A stretch of 64,000 bases of DNA, from contig NC_058368.1 in the NCBI RefSeq assembly GCF_018350175.1, positions 117,988,001 to 118,052,000 on the forward strand, given 5' to 3'. The translations under genes and the position numbers were made by a program. Under the pieces are notes generated by a model. It was not told where the DNA came from. It was given only the letters and a program-made list of their open reading frames with translations, and made no database searches. Shown here one piece after another: positions 37,288-49,646 of this stretch. The stretch comes from Felis catus. Taxonomy: Eukaryota. The number at the start of each line of letters is the position of its first letter. Position 1 is the stretch's first letter.

Positions 37288-37825
37288 GACCCCCCATTTT
37301 TAAATCCCAGTGTTTAAGTTTTGATTTGTGAAATCACAGACCTATCACAGACAATACAGAAAAATAACCAGAACGGTTCTGCTTGCTTTGTCTGGTTGCA
37401 ATGTACCCAGTGTTCCCACATGTTTTATTTTAATTCTCGAATTGAGATTAGGGGATAATTTTTATCTCCCGTTATCTCCATAAGGAACTGAGGCTCAGGG
37501 AGGTTGCATGAGGTCCTCAAAGTCGTACGTGTGGAAAGTGGGAGATGGATTTCTCACCCAGGTCTGTCTGTCTGTCTGTCTGTCTGCAAAATCTGAGTGC
37601 TGAGCACCCAACAGAGGAAAAATAGAAAAGTTTCACTCAAATAACACCTCCCTAACATACTGTTAGCAATTTAGTTTTATTTCCGTAGTTTTATCTATTT
37701 AAACAAAATTAAATTAAGAAAAATACAAACTTGGTAATGGAGGATATATAAAATGTTTATACTGTTTTTCTTTTTCACTAACATCACAAAAACTGTCATC
37801 TTTGTTGCTTTGTGAAGTCATTTTA

Positions 37826-38448
37826 TTTTATTTTATTTTTTAATTTTATTTGTTTAATTTATATCCAAATTAGTTAGCATATAGTGCAACAGTGATTTCA
37901 GGAGTAGATTCCTTAATGCCCCTTACCCATTTAGACCATCCACCCTCCCAGAAGCCCTCCAGTAACCCTCTGTTCTCCATATTTATGAATCTCTTATGCT
38001 TTGTCCCTCTCCCTGTTTTTATATTATTTTTGTTTCCCTTCCCTTGTGTTCATCTGTTTTGTCTCTTAAAGCCCTCATATGAGTGAAGTCATATGATATT
38101 TGTCTTTCTCTGACTGACTAGTTTCACTTAGCCTAATACCCTCCAATTCCATCCACGTAGTTGCAAATGGCAAGATTTCATTCTTTTGGATTGCCGACTA
38201 ATACTCCATTGTATAGATATGCCACATCTTCTTTATCCATTCATCCATTGATGGACATTTGGGCTCTTTCCATACTTTGGCTATTGTCGATAGTGCTGCT
38301 ATGAACATGGGGGTGCATGGGTCCCTTCGAAACAGCACACCTGTATCCCTTGGATAAATACCTAGTAGTGCAATTGCTGGGTCTTAGGATAGTTCTATTT
38401 TTAGTTTTTTGAGGAACCTCCAGAGTGGCTGCACCAGCTTGCATTCCC
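37826..38448 (-). mobile_element. Carnivore L1 3' end (ORF2 C-terminus plus 3' UTR)
   Basis: ttccatccacgtagttgcaaatggcaagatttcattc, ggacatttgggctctttccata; TSD tgtga(a/t)gtcatttta. Confidence 0.93.
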
Positions 38449-38489
38449 ATGTGATGTCATTTTAAATAATTGCATACTTTTTAAAACTC

Positions 38490-39343
38490 AATACCAAAAC
38501 CCCATAATTACCTGATTAAACTGGGCTGGGACATGAGAGAGCATTTCTCTAAAGAGGACAAAGAGGCTGACAGGTATTTGGCAAAATGATCAATGTCACT
38601 ACTTATCAGGGAAATGCAAATCAGGCCACAATGAGATACCACCTTACACCAGTCAAGATGGCTACCCGAAAAGAAAAAAAAAAAAAAAACAGTGTTGGCA
38701 AGGATGTGGAGAAATTGGAACCCTTGCAACTGTTGGTAGGAATGTGAAATGGTGCAGTTGCTACGGAAAACAGTATGGAGGTTTCTCAAAAAAATTGAAA
38801 ATAGAAATACCATATGATCCAGTAATCGTGCTACTGAGTATTTACTGAAAACTATTGAAATCAGGATCTCGAAGAGATATTAGCACTGGTATGTTCACTG
38901 CAGCACTATTCACAACAAAGTGTTCCATCAACAGACGAATGGATAAACAAACTGGTATATTCACATAACGGAATACTGTCTAGCCTTAAAAATGAAGGAA
39001 GTTCTGCAATATGTGACATGAATGAACCTTGAGGTCATCATGCTAAGTGACATAAGCTGATGACAGAAAGACAAATACTGCATGTTCCACTTACGGGGTA
39101 TGTAGAATAGCCTTCATAGAATCAGAGTGGAACAGTGGTGTTAGGAGCTGGGGGGTGGGAGGGGGAATGGTAATTACTAATCAATGGGCATAAAGTTTTA
39201 GTTATGATGAGTCAGTTCTGGAGACCCGCTGTACAACATTGTATCTATAGTCAACGGAAATGTATTATACACTTAAGAATTTGTTAAGAGGGTAGATCTG
39301 ATCGTAAGTGTTCTTACCACAGTTAAATAATAATAATAAAAAA
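38490..39343 (+). mobile_element. L1MB-like 3' end
   Basis: atcagggaaatgcaaatc...acaatgagataccacc; 3' end aatttgttaagagggtagatct...gtgttcttaccaca, then A-rich tail. Confidence 0.88.
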
Positions 39344-39854
39344 GATGTGTATTGTTCCAGGAGAGAGCTATTCTTGGGAGAGATTCCCACACATGGAGTT
39401 GGTAGGTCATAGAATATAAATGTTTTTATGATTTTTGCTATACATTGCTAAATTGCTTTTCAGAAGGGCTGTATTAATTTGCATTTCGGCCAGTAATTTT
39501 GAGTGTCATTTTCATCACATTGTAGGCCTAAGTTATCATTAAAAATGAAAACACACAATGAATCTGACTTGCTTGCTAATATATACCAAACTATTTCCTA
39601 CTGGTTAGTCTGGAGAGTCGGATGAGGCTGGTGGTGGAGGGGAAGGGACAGTGAAGGGGATGTCTGTTTTCTACTTTTCCTAATGTGGTTCTATTAAAAA
39701 TATCTTATTATGGGCACTTATTATTTTTGTCATATGTATATTTTAAAGTTTTTAGAAATAATTTGTCTTACAGAAGAGTTGCAAAAGTAATACAAAAAAT
39801 TCCCTGTATGCCTTTCGCAATGTTTTTTTTTAAAGGTGAAATAATTAGAAATGT

Positions 39855-40266
39855 TCCCCAAATGTCAATCCTTACATCCACAAGGCAGACTCCTGGGCCT
39901 GAGAAGAATCTATGAAATCAGAATGTTTGTCGGTGAGGGTGAAATGCATTTAAACAGCCTCTCCCCGGGGCACCTGGGTGGCTCCGTTAGTTAAGCATCC
40001 GACTCTTGGTTTTGGCTCAGGTCATGATCTCCTGGTTCGTGGGTTTGACCCCATGGGCGGCTTCATGCTGACAATGAGGAACTTGGTTGGGATTCTCTAT
40101 CTCTCCCTCTCTCTCTCTGCCCCTCCCCCGCTGGTGCACGCATGCTCGTGCGCTCTCTCTCTCTCTCTCTCAAAATAAATAAACTTAAAAAAGCAAAACA
40201 GAAAAAAACCAACTTGCCTCTCCCTCAGGTTAAGTTCTCAGAGCCCTCAAGGGCTGAGAGCCACTG
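39855..40266. mobile_element. MER5A-like MITE split by a CAN-SINE (39967-40200, plus)
   Basis: aaatcagaatg...tgcatttaaacagcctctccc|SINE|gcctctccctcaggt...gagagccactg; SINE TSD gcctctccc. Confidence 0.75.
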
Positions 40267-41104
40267 TTGAAAGCTTCTTCCTTTTCATTTTATTTTCTCC
40301 AGCAATATTATGGCTTCCTTCCTTGGAAAGCCCTCCAGTGTGCAAAGATTCGGAAGAGTGAGTGAAATCTGAGCATCTTTGTTGCAACTTTTCACACTTT
40401 GTGTTGCTGCTGCTCTGCTGCTGCCAAGCTGTCTTGTAATTCGTTTTCTCAAAAGCCTCCTTTCTCTCTCAAGCTAGAAAGAAGTACCCCGAGGGAAGCC
40501 AGGTCCAGAGTGGCAGTGTGGAGGGTGGTGGTCCTAGTCACCCTTGCCACTTCTTTGCTGGGTGTCCCAGGGAGTGGTGGCTGGAGCTTTTCCCGTCACC
40601 TGGCTCCCTTGCAGGAGCAGCCCGGGGGGGCCTGATGGGGAGGCATCCCTCCAGAATCTGGCGCCAGATCCTCCTGCCGTTTCTTTTGTTTAATGCTGAT
40701 GCTTTCCCACAGTTTGTGTCTCTTGGACACCCTGGGCATGTCCTTTCCACACGTGTGTTACATACTGGCCATTTGCCGGGTCATCTCCATAGGGGCTACT
40801 TCACCTGCCCCCATGACCTCCACTGTCCTCTCCACCTTCCTCTCTGCCCCAGAGATGTTCTTTCCAAACCATAGATCTGACCGTGTCAGCTAACAGCTTA
40901 GTGACTTAACGACTGTGAGAAAGAAGTGTGGGAAATGTGGCCAGCAGGGAGCCAAACTGGGGTGGGTGGAGGGAGCTTTAAGATGAAGGAAGGTTTATTG
41001 TTGTTAAATGTCCTTTAGTCCTAAGTTTATTGTTTCCCACATTAAAAAAAATATACAACGTACCAAGGGTTATAAGCCTATATTACCTTAGAAATGGGAA
41101 AACA

Positions 41105-41317
41105 GTTTTTTTTAAGTATTTATCTATTTTTGAGAAAGAGAGAGAGAGAGAAGACTGTGTGCACAAGCGGGGTTAGGGACAGAGAGAGAGGGAGACAGAG
41201 GTTCCATAGCGGCTCCACGATGACAGCACAGAACCCAGTGCGGGGCTTGAACTCACGAACCACGGGATCGTGATCTGAGCCAAAGTCGGACGCTTAACTG
41301 AGCCACCCAGGCAGCCC
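41105..41317 (-). mobile_element. CAN-SINE
   Basis: Head, GA tract and T tail present. Confidence 0.92.
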
Positions 41318-41778
41318 TGGGGAATTTTTTTTTTTTTTTTTTAAACAGTGTCCTAATGGCTAATATAGACAATTTGGAAAATAAAAAAGTGGAAAGTGGA
41401 GGGGGAAAGTTGCCAGCAGTCCCACCAGCCAAATCAAGCTATTGTCTGCACCCAGGTGTGGAATAGCCTGGAGGATGAAGGCACAGGCCCTGAATTGGGC
41501 AAATCTGAGTTCAGATCCCTTTCTCCCCCTCATTAGCTGTGGGCAACCACTGTGCAGCTTCATTATCTTCTCGGAGCTTGAATTTTCTTCTTGATAAAGG
41601 GAGGCCCCCCTCACTGCCATGAAGGTTAGGTGAGATAAGAGCAAAGCAGTTGGCAGGACGCTCACAGAGTAAGTGCAGGTTGTTTACCAGTACGGCATAG
41701 TTTTGTTAACCATTTCTTTATTGTTCTGTAGCAATTACTTCACGTTCCTTGTTCCCAGAACCTATGTATGAACACTTT

Positions 41779-42060
41779 AAAAATTTGTTTTCTTTTTTTT
41801 TTTAATTTTTTTTTAACATTTATTTATTTTTGAGACAGAGAGAGACAGAGCATGAACGGGGGAGGGTCAGAGAGAGAGAGGGAGACACAGAATCCGAAAC
41901 AGGCTCCAGGCTCTGAGCTGTCAGCACAGAGCCCGACGTGGGGCTCGAACTCACGGACCGCGAGATCATGACCTCAGCCGAAGTCGGCCGCTTAACCGAC
42001 TGAGCCACCCAGGTGCCCCCAAATTTGTTTTCTTTATGTTTATTTATTTTTGAGAGAGAG

Positions 42061-42114
<54 letters not shown>

Positions 42115-42263
42115 TAGAGAGAGGGAGACACAGAATCCAAAGCAGGCTCCAGGCTCTGAGCTGTCAGCACAGAACCCAATGCAGGGGCTCGAACCCACGA
42201 ACCGTGAGATCATGACCTGAGCCGAAGTCAGACGGTTAAATGACTGAGCCACCCAAGCGCCCC
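41779..42263 (-). mobile_element. Two nested CAN-SINEs (inner 41796-42020; outer head ends 42263)
   Basis: Inner TSD aaatttgttttcttt (41781-41795, 42021-42035); outer TSD cctatgtatgaacacttt (41761-41778, 42262-42279). Confidence 0.96.
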
Positions 42264-43026
42264 TATGTATGAACACTTTTTATGTGTACGATGTCTCCCT
42301 CTTCCCAGTCACTGCCAGTTACAACCATTTCCTTGGGGAAGAGTCTTAGAAGGGAGATTATAAGGTCAAAGGGCATGAACTTGTATCAAGGTTTGTGACC
42401 TATACTGCCAAATTGGTTCTTGTGGAGTCCAGTTCTGTTTTCAGGGCAACTGATGAGACTGGGCTGAGGGACCTGGATTTTACTACTATGCATTGTAGCT
42501 GTTGATGTGCCTGACAGAGTTGGAGGAACACAATCATGTCTGGAGTTTGAGTGGATTCATCTGGCTGCCATTGGGAGGGTGGATGGGGGCAGGGTCAATG
42601 TTACGGAGTTCTGTGGTGAGGCTCTGGCACAGGGCGTTGGTGCCATAACCATCCATGAGCCTGGTCAACGCCCCCATCTTTGGGAGTACCTGTGGTCACA
42701 GTCTCACAATCCCGTTTTCTTGATAAGTTACTCTACTTATGTATCCTTTGTCGGTCTAGCGTAAGTAACTTCAGGTTGTTTCTGTGCTTTGTGATCAAAA
42801 CGAGAAGGATTTTTCATCTTCAGGGATCACAATATAAGACAGTAAGTTTGGGAGCTCTGGGATCACTGCTTGGATTGGGATCCCAAGCTTACCACTTATT
42901 AACTGTGATTTGGGGCTTCAGTTTCCCAGTCTGGGAAATGCTACCTACCTCACAGGATTAAACAAGGCGCTGTATATTCAGCAGAGAAAGTGCTGAGTGG
43001 TATTATTCTTTTCTGTCTCCTTTTTA

Positions 43027-43183
43027 TTTATGTTTTTAAATTTTATTTTATTATTATTATTATCATTCTTTTACTGTAGGAAAGGCCTTTATTGTTTGCA
43101 ACGGGAAATTAAAAGAGGAGGGGGACACGACAGCTCTGGCTCCAGGGGCGGCTCCCCGGACCTACTCTTTCGCTATCCCGGGA
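43027..43183 (-). pseudogene. Short 5'-truncated retrocopy of an unidentified polyadenylated RNA
   Basis: AATAAA (RC of 43088-43093), decayed A tail 43027-43072, TSD tct(g/a)tctccttttta at 43012-43026 and 43184-43198. Confidence 0.75.
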
Positions 43184-43376
43184 TCTATCTCCTTTTTAAA
43201 TTAAGGTTTTTGGTTGAAAGAAACTAATTCAACGTCTAGATTCACCACTTTCCTTCCTTCTAAAACCTAGCAAGTGCATGAGGATTAGGGAACAATACCA
43301 GGAAGCCCACTTTCCCCAAATGTGTGCCCCTCGGAAATCGTGGGGAGGGAGGGAAGGAGCTTGGGGAAGCCACAAT

Positions 43377-43460
43377 GATGGACCAACCATCGTGGGATGT
43401 GATACTTCAAGGGCTAAAACCAGAACAGTCGCTGACAACCGAGGATGCTTGGTCATCCTA
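43377..43460. mobile_element. MER81-like hAT-Blackjack MITE fragment
   Basis: gaccaacc...gctaaaaccagaacagtc...ttggtcatccta terminal motif. Confidence 0.6.
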
Positions 43461-44495
43461 GCGTGATGGTATAGGGTGACAGGATCCGGTGAAGTTCTCT
43501 CCAATGGAGAGAGAACCAAAATCTGGAGTATTTGAGAAGTATTGTCTTTTCCTTTGGTTGTTGTTTGGCAAACCCACTTGAGCACTCATTTCACCTGGAA
43601 CTTCTGGGGATGAATTAGCTGCCAGAAAGGAGACCCACCCAGCTGGGGTGGGAGTGGGGTGGGAGATAATTAAGTGCCTCCCAGGAAACAGGGCTGGGCA
43701 CTTCAGTAGCTCCCAGACTCCTGGGTGTGAGTGAAGTGAAGGCTGGGGGTTAGTGCACAACGTTTCCCCCAGTCCCGGCTGGTTGTTCTGCTCTCCAGAA
43801 GCTCTCTTTCTTGGCCCAAAGAGGAGTCAGTAGCCCTGAGTGGACAAGGGTTGGTTCCCGCTTCTGCTCCAGGTCCCTTCCTAGCCCTGCGTCTCTATGT
43901 ACAGCACCCCCGAGACAGAGGCTGCAGGAAGCGAAAGTGACCATGTTTAGGCTGCAGGCGAGTGGAGGGGGTCAGAGTCTGTACTTCCTCTTCCAGCCCT
44001 TTGAAAGCATTTTTAATCCGATTAGGTTTTCAGCAAACACTTGAAGGTTTGCCCTCCTCTGAGAGGCTCACAGAGCTGAGGAAGAGCCTTCCTCTGTTTG
44101 CTTTTCCTTTATGTGGAAACCTACTTGGGAGGTTTCTACAATCAGCTCCCCCCTCCCAGACTACCCCTGCCCTGAGATTCCAAGCAGGCCGGAATTCACC
44201 AACCACCAGGGCCCTGGCCTCCCGTTGCTTTCCGGGCCTAATGAACCCTCATGCCCTCCAGGAGCACCACTTTGAACAGTGGGCCCAGGCCACTGCTCTG
44301 ACCCACACTGGCCTCGTAAGTGTGCGGAGACTGGAGAAGTGAGCTGACGGCCACTGACACTGTAGACTCACCTCCCTCTTTCCTCCTGTGTGTGGAGAAA
44401 GCCAGGAAGATGGGGGCCAAGATGGGCTTGGTTTTGGAAGGCAGAGAACTGACTTTCAGCCTCACACTGCTCCTCTTCCTCCCCCTTTTAATTAA

Positions 44496-44557
44496 TTCAA
44501 TTTTTAACATAAGCTCTGTGCCCACTGTGGGACTTGAACTCACCACCCTGAGATCAA

Positions 44558-44582
<25 letters not shown>
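44496..44582 (-). mobile_element. Short SINE 3' fragment fused to (CA)n
   Basis: gggacttgaactcaccaccctgagatcaa then (CA)n, all between cccttttaattaa-like direct repeats. Confidence 0.75.
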
Positions 44583-44590
<8 letters not shown>

Positions 44591-45009
44591 AATTAAGCCC
44601 CTGCTAGGGGTAAGGCTGGGTGGTGTGGAAGGGAAGGAGGGCAGATGGTCAAGATAGACTTCTATGCTTTATTCTGTGTATCAGTGTATTATATAAGTAA
44701 TGCATTAAATATACATATTAATGTATATATTAACATACATATTAAACCAGGAAGTTATCCCTTGTGATCAGGAGGCTCACTGCTAGGTAGAGTGCAGGGT
44801 CAAGCCTTGGAAGATTCAGGAATGACTTCCCAGAGGAGGTGGCAGGTAAATGGTAAGTAGTTAGATTTGTTGATTCAACAAATATTTGAATGTCTGCTGG
44901 ATGTCAGATACTGTTCTAGAAGCTAGGAGGCTAGTGGAGAGCAAAATGCGTATGGACCCTGCCAGTCCAGTGGAGAGAGACAGCTGAAGGAAAAGATCAT
45001 GTTAGGTGG

Positions 45010-45385
45010 TGTTGAAGAAAAATTACTGACACGGGTTAAAATGGTAAGGAAGACTTGATTCAGGACTGTTTTAGTAGGAAAGAGAGTGAGTTCAACTCTG
45101 AATATAGCAAAGACAGCTGGACATCCATGACCCACAGAGTTGAGGGGCCTGTGTATGGAGGAGACATTGAGGGTGGGGGAATTTTTGTCAAATCATCTGG
45201 ATTCTTAGAGAAGGCCGGCCAAGCAGTTATACATCACAAGTGGGGGTGGAGGAACTTGGTCAGGTATCAAGGGTAGGGGCTGATTTAGCAGGACTCTTTG
45301 CTGAGAGCAGACCAAGGTGCAGGCCGGGTTCAGAAGAGGGCTCGTAGGAGCCTGACTAAAGTGTACTCGGGAGTGCTTGGTGACA
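45010..45385 (-). mobile_element. MER31-like ERV1 solo LTR inside an L2
   Basis: tgttgaagaaaaatt...ttaaaatggtaaggaagact...gaagagggctcgtaggagcctgactaaagt...tgaca. Confidence 0.7.
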
Positions 45386-46069
45386 GAAGGTGCCGTGAAT
45401 GAAAATAAAGCAGGTGTGGCCTAGAGCAGCTAGACAGAGACCGGGGTTGCTTTTTATTAGACATGGTTAGCAAGGCCTCTTGAGGGAAGTAATTACCCAA
45501 CAGAAATGCAGATGGTGTGAGGGAGCCAGACCTTCCAGCACCCCAGGTGCCCCAGGTAGAGGAGACAGCAGTGGGAAGCCCGGGAGGGTGGTTGGGGGTG
45601 TTAGAGCAACTATGTGGAGAAGGTGGTCTGTAGGAAGTAAGGTCAGGGAAGGGGTGTGAGGCAGGGGGGATAGATCCTGCAGGGTCTTTCTTGTAGGATG
45701 TGATTAGAGGGGTGAGTGGGTGGCTGGAAGGATAATCTGGGCCCAGGGTAATGAGAGGGAGTTTTGCGCAGGGGTTCTGTGTTGCCCGGGCTTAAAGAAG
45801 GAGCATGTGCCAAGGTGAGTGTCTGCCAGGGGCCCAGAAGGTGGAGATAGAGGTGGCTGGAGGACTTGGGTGGGGGCGGGGGAGATTGAGAGCTGAAGGG
45901 AAGGGGTGGACCATGTGGGACTTTTTCCTTCACTTCAAGTCAGGGTTTCTCAATCATTTTAATGAGAGCCTCCTTCCCAGCGGAAAAAAATCAAGCAATA
46001 AAGGGAGGAATGCCTCTCCATTTAACGTAGGAGAACTACAGGAGACAAAGGAGGTTTGGTTGGAATAAA

Positions 46070-46247
46070 GTTGGAGCGGGCCTAGTTTGGCCGGCTGCCG
46101 GTCCTATAAATATCGCCCTCCTGGTCCTGGAAAGGCATCAGCGATGGCTGTTGCGAGCTACTGGGGAACATCCTTCCTGTTCAGATGGCCAGGAGTTGGC
46201 TGCCTGTGCACATCCGCGCGCAAAGTGCCTGGAAGCAGGGGGTGAGC
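46070..46247 (+). promoter_or_regulatory. Candidate TATA promoter / alternative first exon
   Basis: TATAAATA at 46105-46112 in a local CpG cluster; donor-like GG|GTGAGC at 46241/46242. Confidence 0.35.
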
Positions 46248-47814
46248 GCGCAGAACAAGAAGTTCGGGAGTTTGAGCCCACTCCTTTTACCCTCGGGGCC
46301 GGCCCCACTTCCTCTGGGGGCCCAGGCATCCCTCTGGCAAGTCTTCAGCTAAGCAATCTGCAGAAGTCGTTGGCCAGACTTAGAACTAATCCTTTGTGCC
46401 AAAGGGGTTGGTGGAGGGGAGGGAGCTCTTTGCCAGAACCAGGATGTTCCTTGCTAGTGGTGAGCTCGCCTGCTGCCTCCCAGCGATCCCACTGCTTTTC
46501 TTTTGGAAGTGGGGGAAATAGGAACGAGGGGCCAGTGTAATTCGGCAACATGGGAGTTAAAAAGCAGATGAAAACCCACAGAGTAACCAGACATTCTTCT
46601 CTTTGCATGCAAGATCCTGCTGAATGTTGGAAGAGGAAGGAATATTTTTCTTGCTTTTCAGACATTACATCCTGTGAGGAGAAGATTTGGAACAGATGGG
46701 GGCCAGGGGGACCTCACTGCATTTGCTTGTTTCCCCCTACCCCCTCCCACAACCAGAAATGGTTCATTTATTTTTTCCCTAGTGAAGTTAATTTTTTTTT
46801 TTTTTTAAGAGAGTGTAGGAAAGTAAGATAGCAGGGGTCAGGGAGAAAAATCCACACTGTTCCAGAAAAAAAAAATCTACTTTTCATCACAGAGGCTTCT
46901 TCTAAGGCTAAAGATAGATAATTAAAAATGAATTTTTTTAGTTCATGGGGGTGGGACAGGGGATAAAGGATCCCTTACCAGATGGAGAAAGAGGTTCTCT
47001 GAGTAGTGAAAGGTAAGGAGTGCTTCTGAAATCTTGGGTACACAATGTGGGAAAAACAAAGTTGATGGTGTTTTGTGGGAGCAGCTCGGGTGTTGGAATG
47101 GTTTGTCCCCCCACTTTTGTTGGAGTGATTGCCTTGGGGAAGACCATGAGATTGGGGATGTTAAGTGGGCTCTGGTGTATTTGATTGGCTGCCACGGGGT
47201 TCCTGGTAGAGTGGGGTCCCTGACCTGGCTGCAGGCAGTGAGACGTCTGGTGTGATGTTAGCCCCCAACCACAGCCGGTCCTTTTTGCTGAAGACAATTC
47301 AGACCACAGTTCTCCTTCCCCTGAACCCTGAAGGGGGCTCTGCCAGTGGAGTCTGATGGCAATAATTAGCCAGGGTGCACCTGCTGAACTCCCTCTGCTG
47401 TTGTATCTCTTCCCCAAAGGGAGTGTGGGGTGATGGCATGTGAGCACGGAAGGGCCGAAAGAAGAGCTTGGGGCCTCTGCGTTTTCCTTTATCGTCCTTC
47501 CTTTCTGGCTCGTTGAAGCCTGTGACAGGGCTGTCTCTTTCTTGGGAGGGGATTGTGAGGTCCAGGTGTGGTCCACTACCTGCCTCTGGCGTGCTGTTGC
47601 TGAAGAATGTTCTCCAGAGTCGGTTCATTGAGGCAACAGCAACAGCAAGCTGATTCGGGAAGGGAAGAAGGAGGAGATAATGGCTGTAATCTCAGGTTCC
47701 CAGTGGATGGAAAGAGCTCTCCTCCCCACCTAAAAGACCTAATTTGAAAATCAGTTGACAGGAGAGAAATAGGGCCCACGTGCCTACAATGGGATCTCCC
47801 ATCTTGAGTGTTTG

Positions 47815-47991
47815 TTTTTTGTTTTTAAGTTTATTTTGATGCATATATATGCATAAGCAAGGGGTGGGGGTGGAGAGAGGGAACCCCAAGCAGGTTCTGC
47901 ATTGACAAGGGGCTCAATCTCACAAACCATGAGATCATGACCTGAGCTGAAATCAAGAGCCACTCAACCAAACGAGCCACCCAGGTGCCCC
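47815..47991 (-). mobile_element. CAN-SINE (internally deleted)
   Basis: gagatcatgacctgagctgaaatcaagag...gagccacccaggtgcccc. Confidence 0.88.
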
Positions 47992-48741
47992 TTGAATCTT
48001 CATTCTTAACTTTTAGAACTAGATAATGCGGTAGATGATATGTGATGGAAGCAGTAGGTTCTGCCTTTCTCTGTAGGGTTCAAATCCCCACAGACATAAT
48101 GTGGCCGTTGGAGAGGATGCTGGCAGAGCAGCCCATATTGCTTGAGTACCATTACCTACTGGGCACTGCAGTTAGGACTTCAGGGGACACATCAGTGAAT
48201 AAAATACACGTCCTGCTTCCCCAGAACCCAAATGCAAATATAAGAGCAATTAATTCACAGTGGAATCACCAAGGTTAGGCAAGCATATACACATGAGACT
48301 GAAGAACCTCAGTCCGCAAGAATTAACTGAGCATCTGCTTACTGGGGAGACCCTGTGGATCCACCAGAGGATGGGATGGACAGAGTCCCCACCTTGTTGG
48401 ATCTACAGCCTGGTGTGGTAGATGGCCTAGTCAAAGGCTCTGGGGATGTCTTCCTGGAGAAGTGATGTTTAAGTTAATCCATTAGTAAGAAGAGCTGACA
48501 TTTGTTGAGTGTTTACTCTTAGTTGGCCTGGGCAGTCCTTTGGTCCTGCCATTTTTATTCCCTCTTTCACTTGGAAAAGTGCTATGTTGGTATTGGGAAT
48601 CGTATGGCACTCTGCTGTGTGCCAAGCAAGAGCTCCACCATTAGAGTAGTTCTGGCTCATTCCAAGTGCTCTAAGGTGACCTATTTGCTGGTCATTTGAC
48701 TTATCTCATTTAATCTTTATAACAACCCTGGGAGTGGTAGT

Positions 48742-48923
48742 TTATTGGTTAGGAATGCTTTTGGTTGCAAGTAAGAGGAACCCCATGTAACAGTGGTTTT
48801 AGGAAGAATGGCATTTATTATTAACAAAACAAGAATTCTGGGGTTGGTAGTCCCTCAGGTTGGCAGTGGCTCACCCCCCTGACATCGAGGTCTCAGATTC
48901 TTGTTTTCTTTCTACTCCACTAT
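48742..48923 (-). mobile_element. MaLR LTR fragment (MLT1J/K-like)
   Basis: ttaggaatgcttttggttgcaagtaagaggaaccc...aacagtggttt. Confidence 0.6.
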
Positions 48924-49200
48924 CAAGGTTGGCCACATAATTTGTGGGTCCCAGTGCAAATGAAGATGTGGGATTCCTTGTTTAAAAAGCAGGAAAAAAG
49001 TGCCATTTTAGGTACTAAAATGTCAAGTTTTTTCCTGTCTTTGTAATACTTGAGTGTGGTAATTTTTTATCTGCTACTTAATGTTCTAAAAAAAGAAATT
49101 TAAATACTGATAAATTAGCATGAGTTTTACCACTTATATTGTGCAGTGCTGGTTTTAAATGCAAACATGAGAGCATTTAACTTATGTGCAAAATTATACA
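48924..49200. mobile_element. MER45-family hAT-Tip100 element (may extend further right)
   Basis: ggccacataatttgtgggtcccagtgcaaatgaa...aaaaagcaggaaaaaagtgccattttaggtactaaaat. Confidence 0.7.
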
Positions 49201-49410
49201 CTTACATTCAAAGATAAGAAAATATTCAAGATACCTTTTTTAACGAGATGTTTTTCTAAAATGCTCACATTTATCGATGAGATGGAAAAAGCAAAACAAA
49301 CTTTGTAATTAGTGTTAAAATTGTAATCAAGATTATTTTAAAGCTGAAAAAGTCCTTTCAGATTTGGACTTAGGTTTTTTTTTTTTTTTTTTTTTTTTAA
49401 TTTAATATCT

Positions 49411-49585
49411 GGGGCATATGGGTGGCTCTGTCGGTTGAGCATCTGACTTCAGCTCATGTCAATAGCGTGAGTTTGTGAGTTCGAGCCCTGCGTTGGGTTC
49501 TGTGCTGACAGCTCAGAGCCTGGAGGCTGCTGTGGATTCAGTGTCTGTCTCCTTCTCCCTGTGCCCCTCCCCTGCATGCAGTCTG

Positions 49586-49646
<61 letters not shown>

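Noticed and set aside
46938..47576. 212-aa minus-strand ORF
   Set aside because: No recognisable homology and composition typical of noncoding DNA. BLASTP/PhyloCSF would be needed to revive it.
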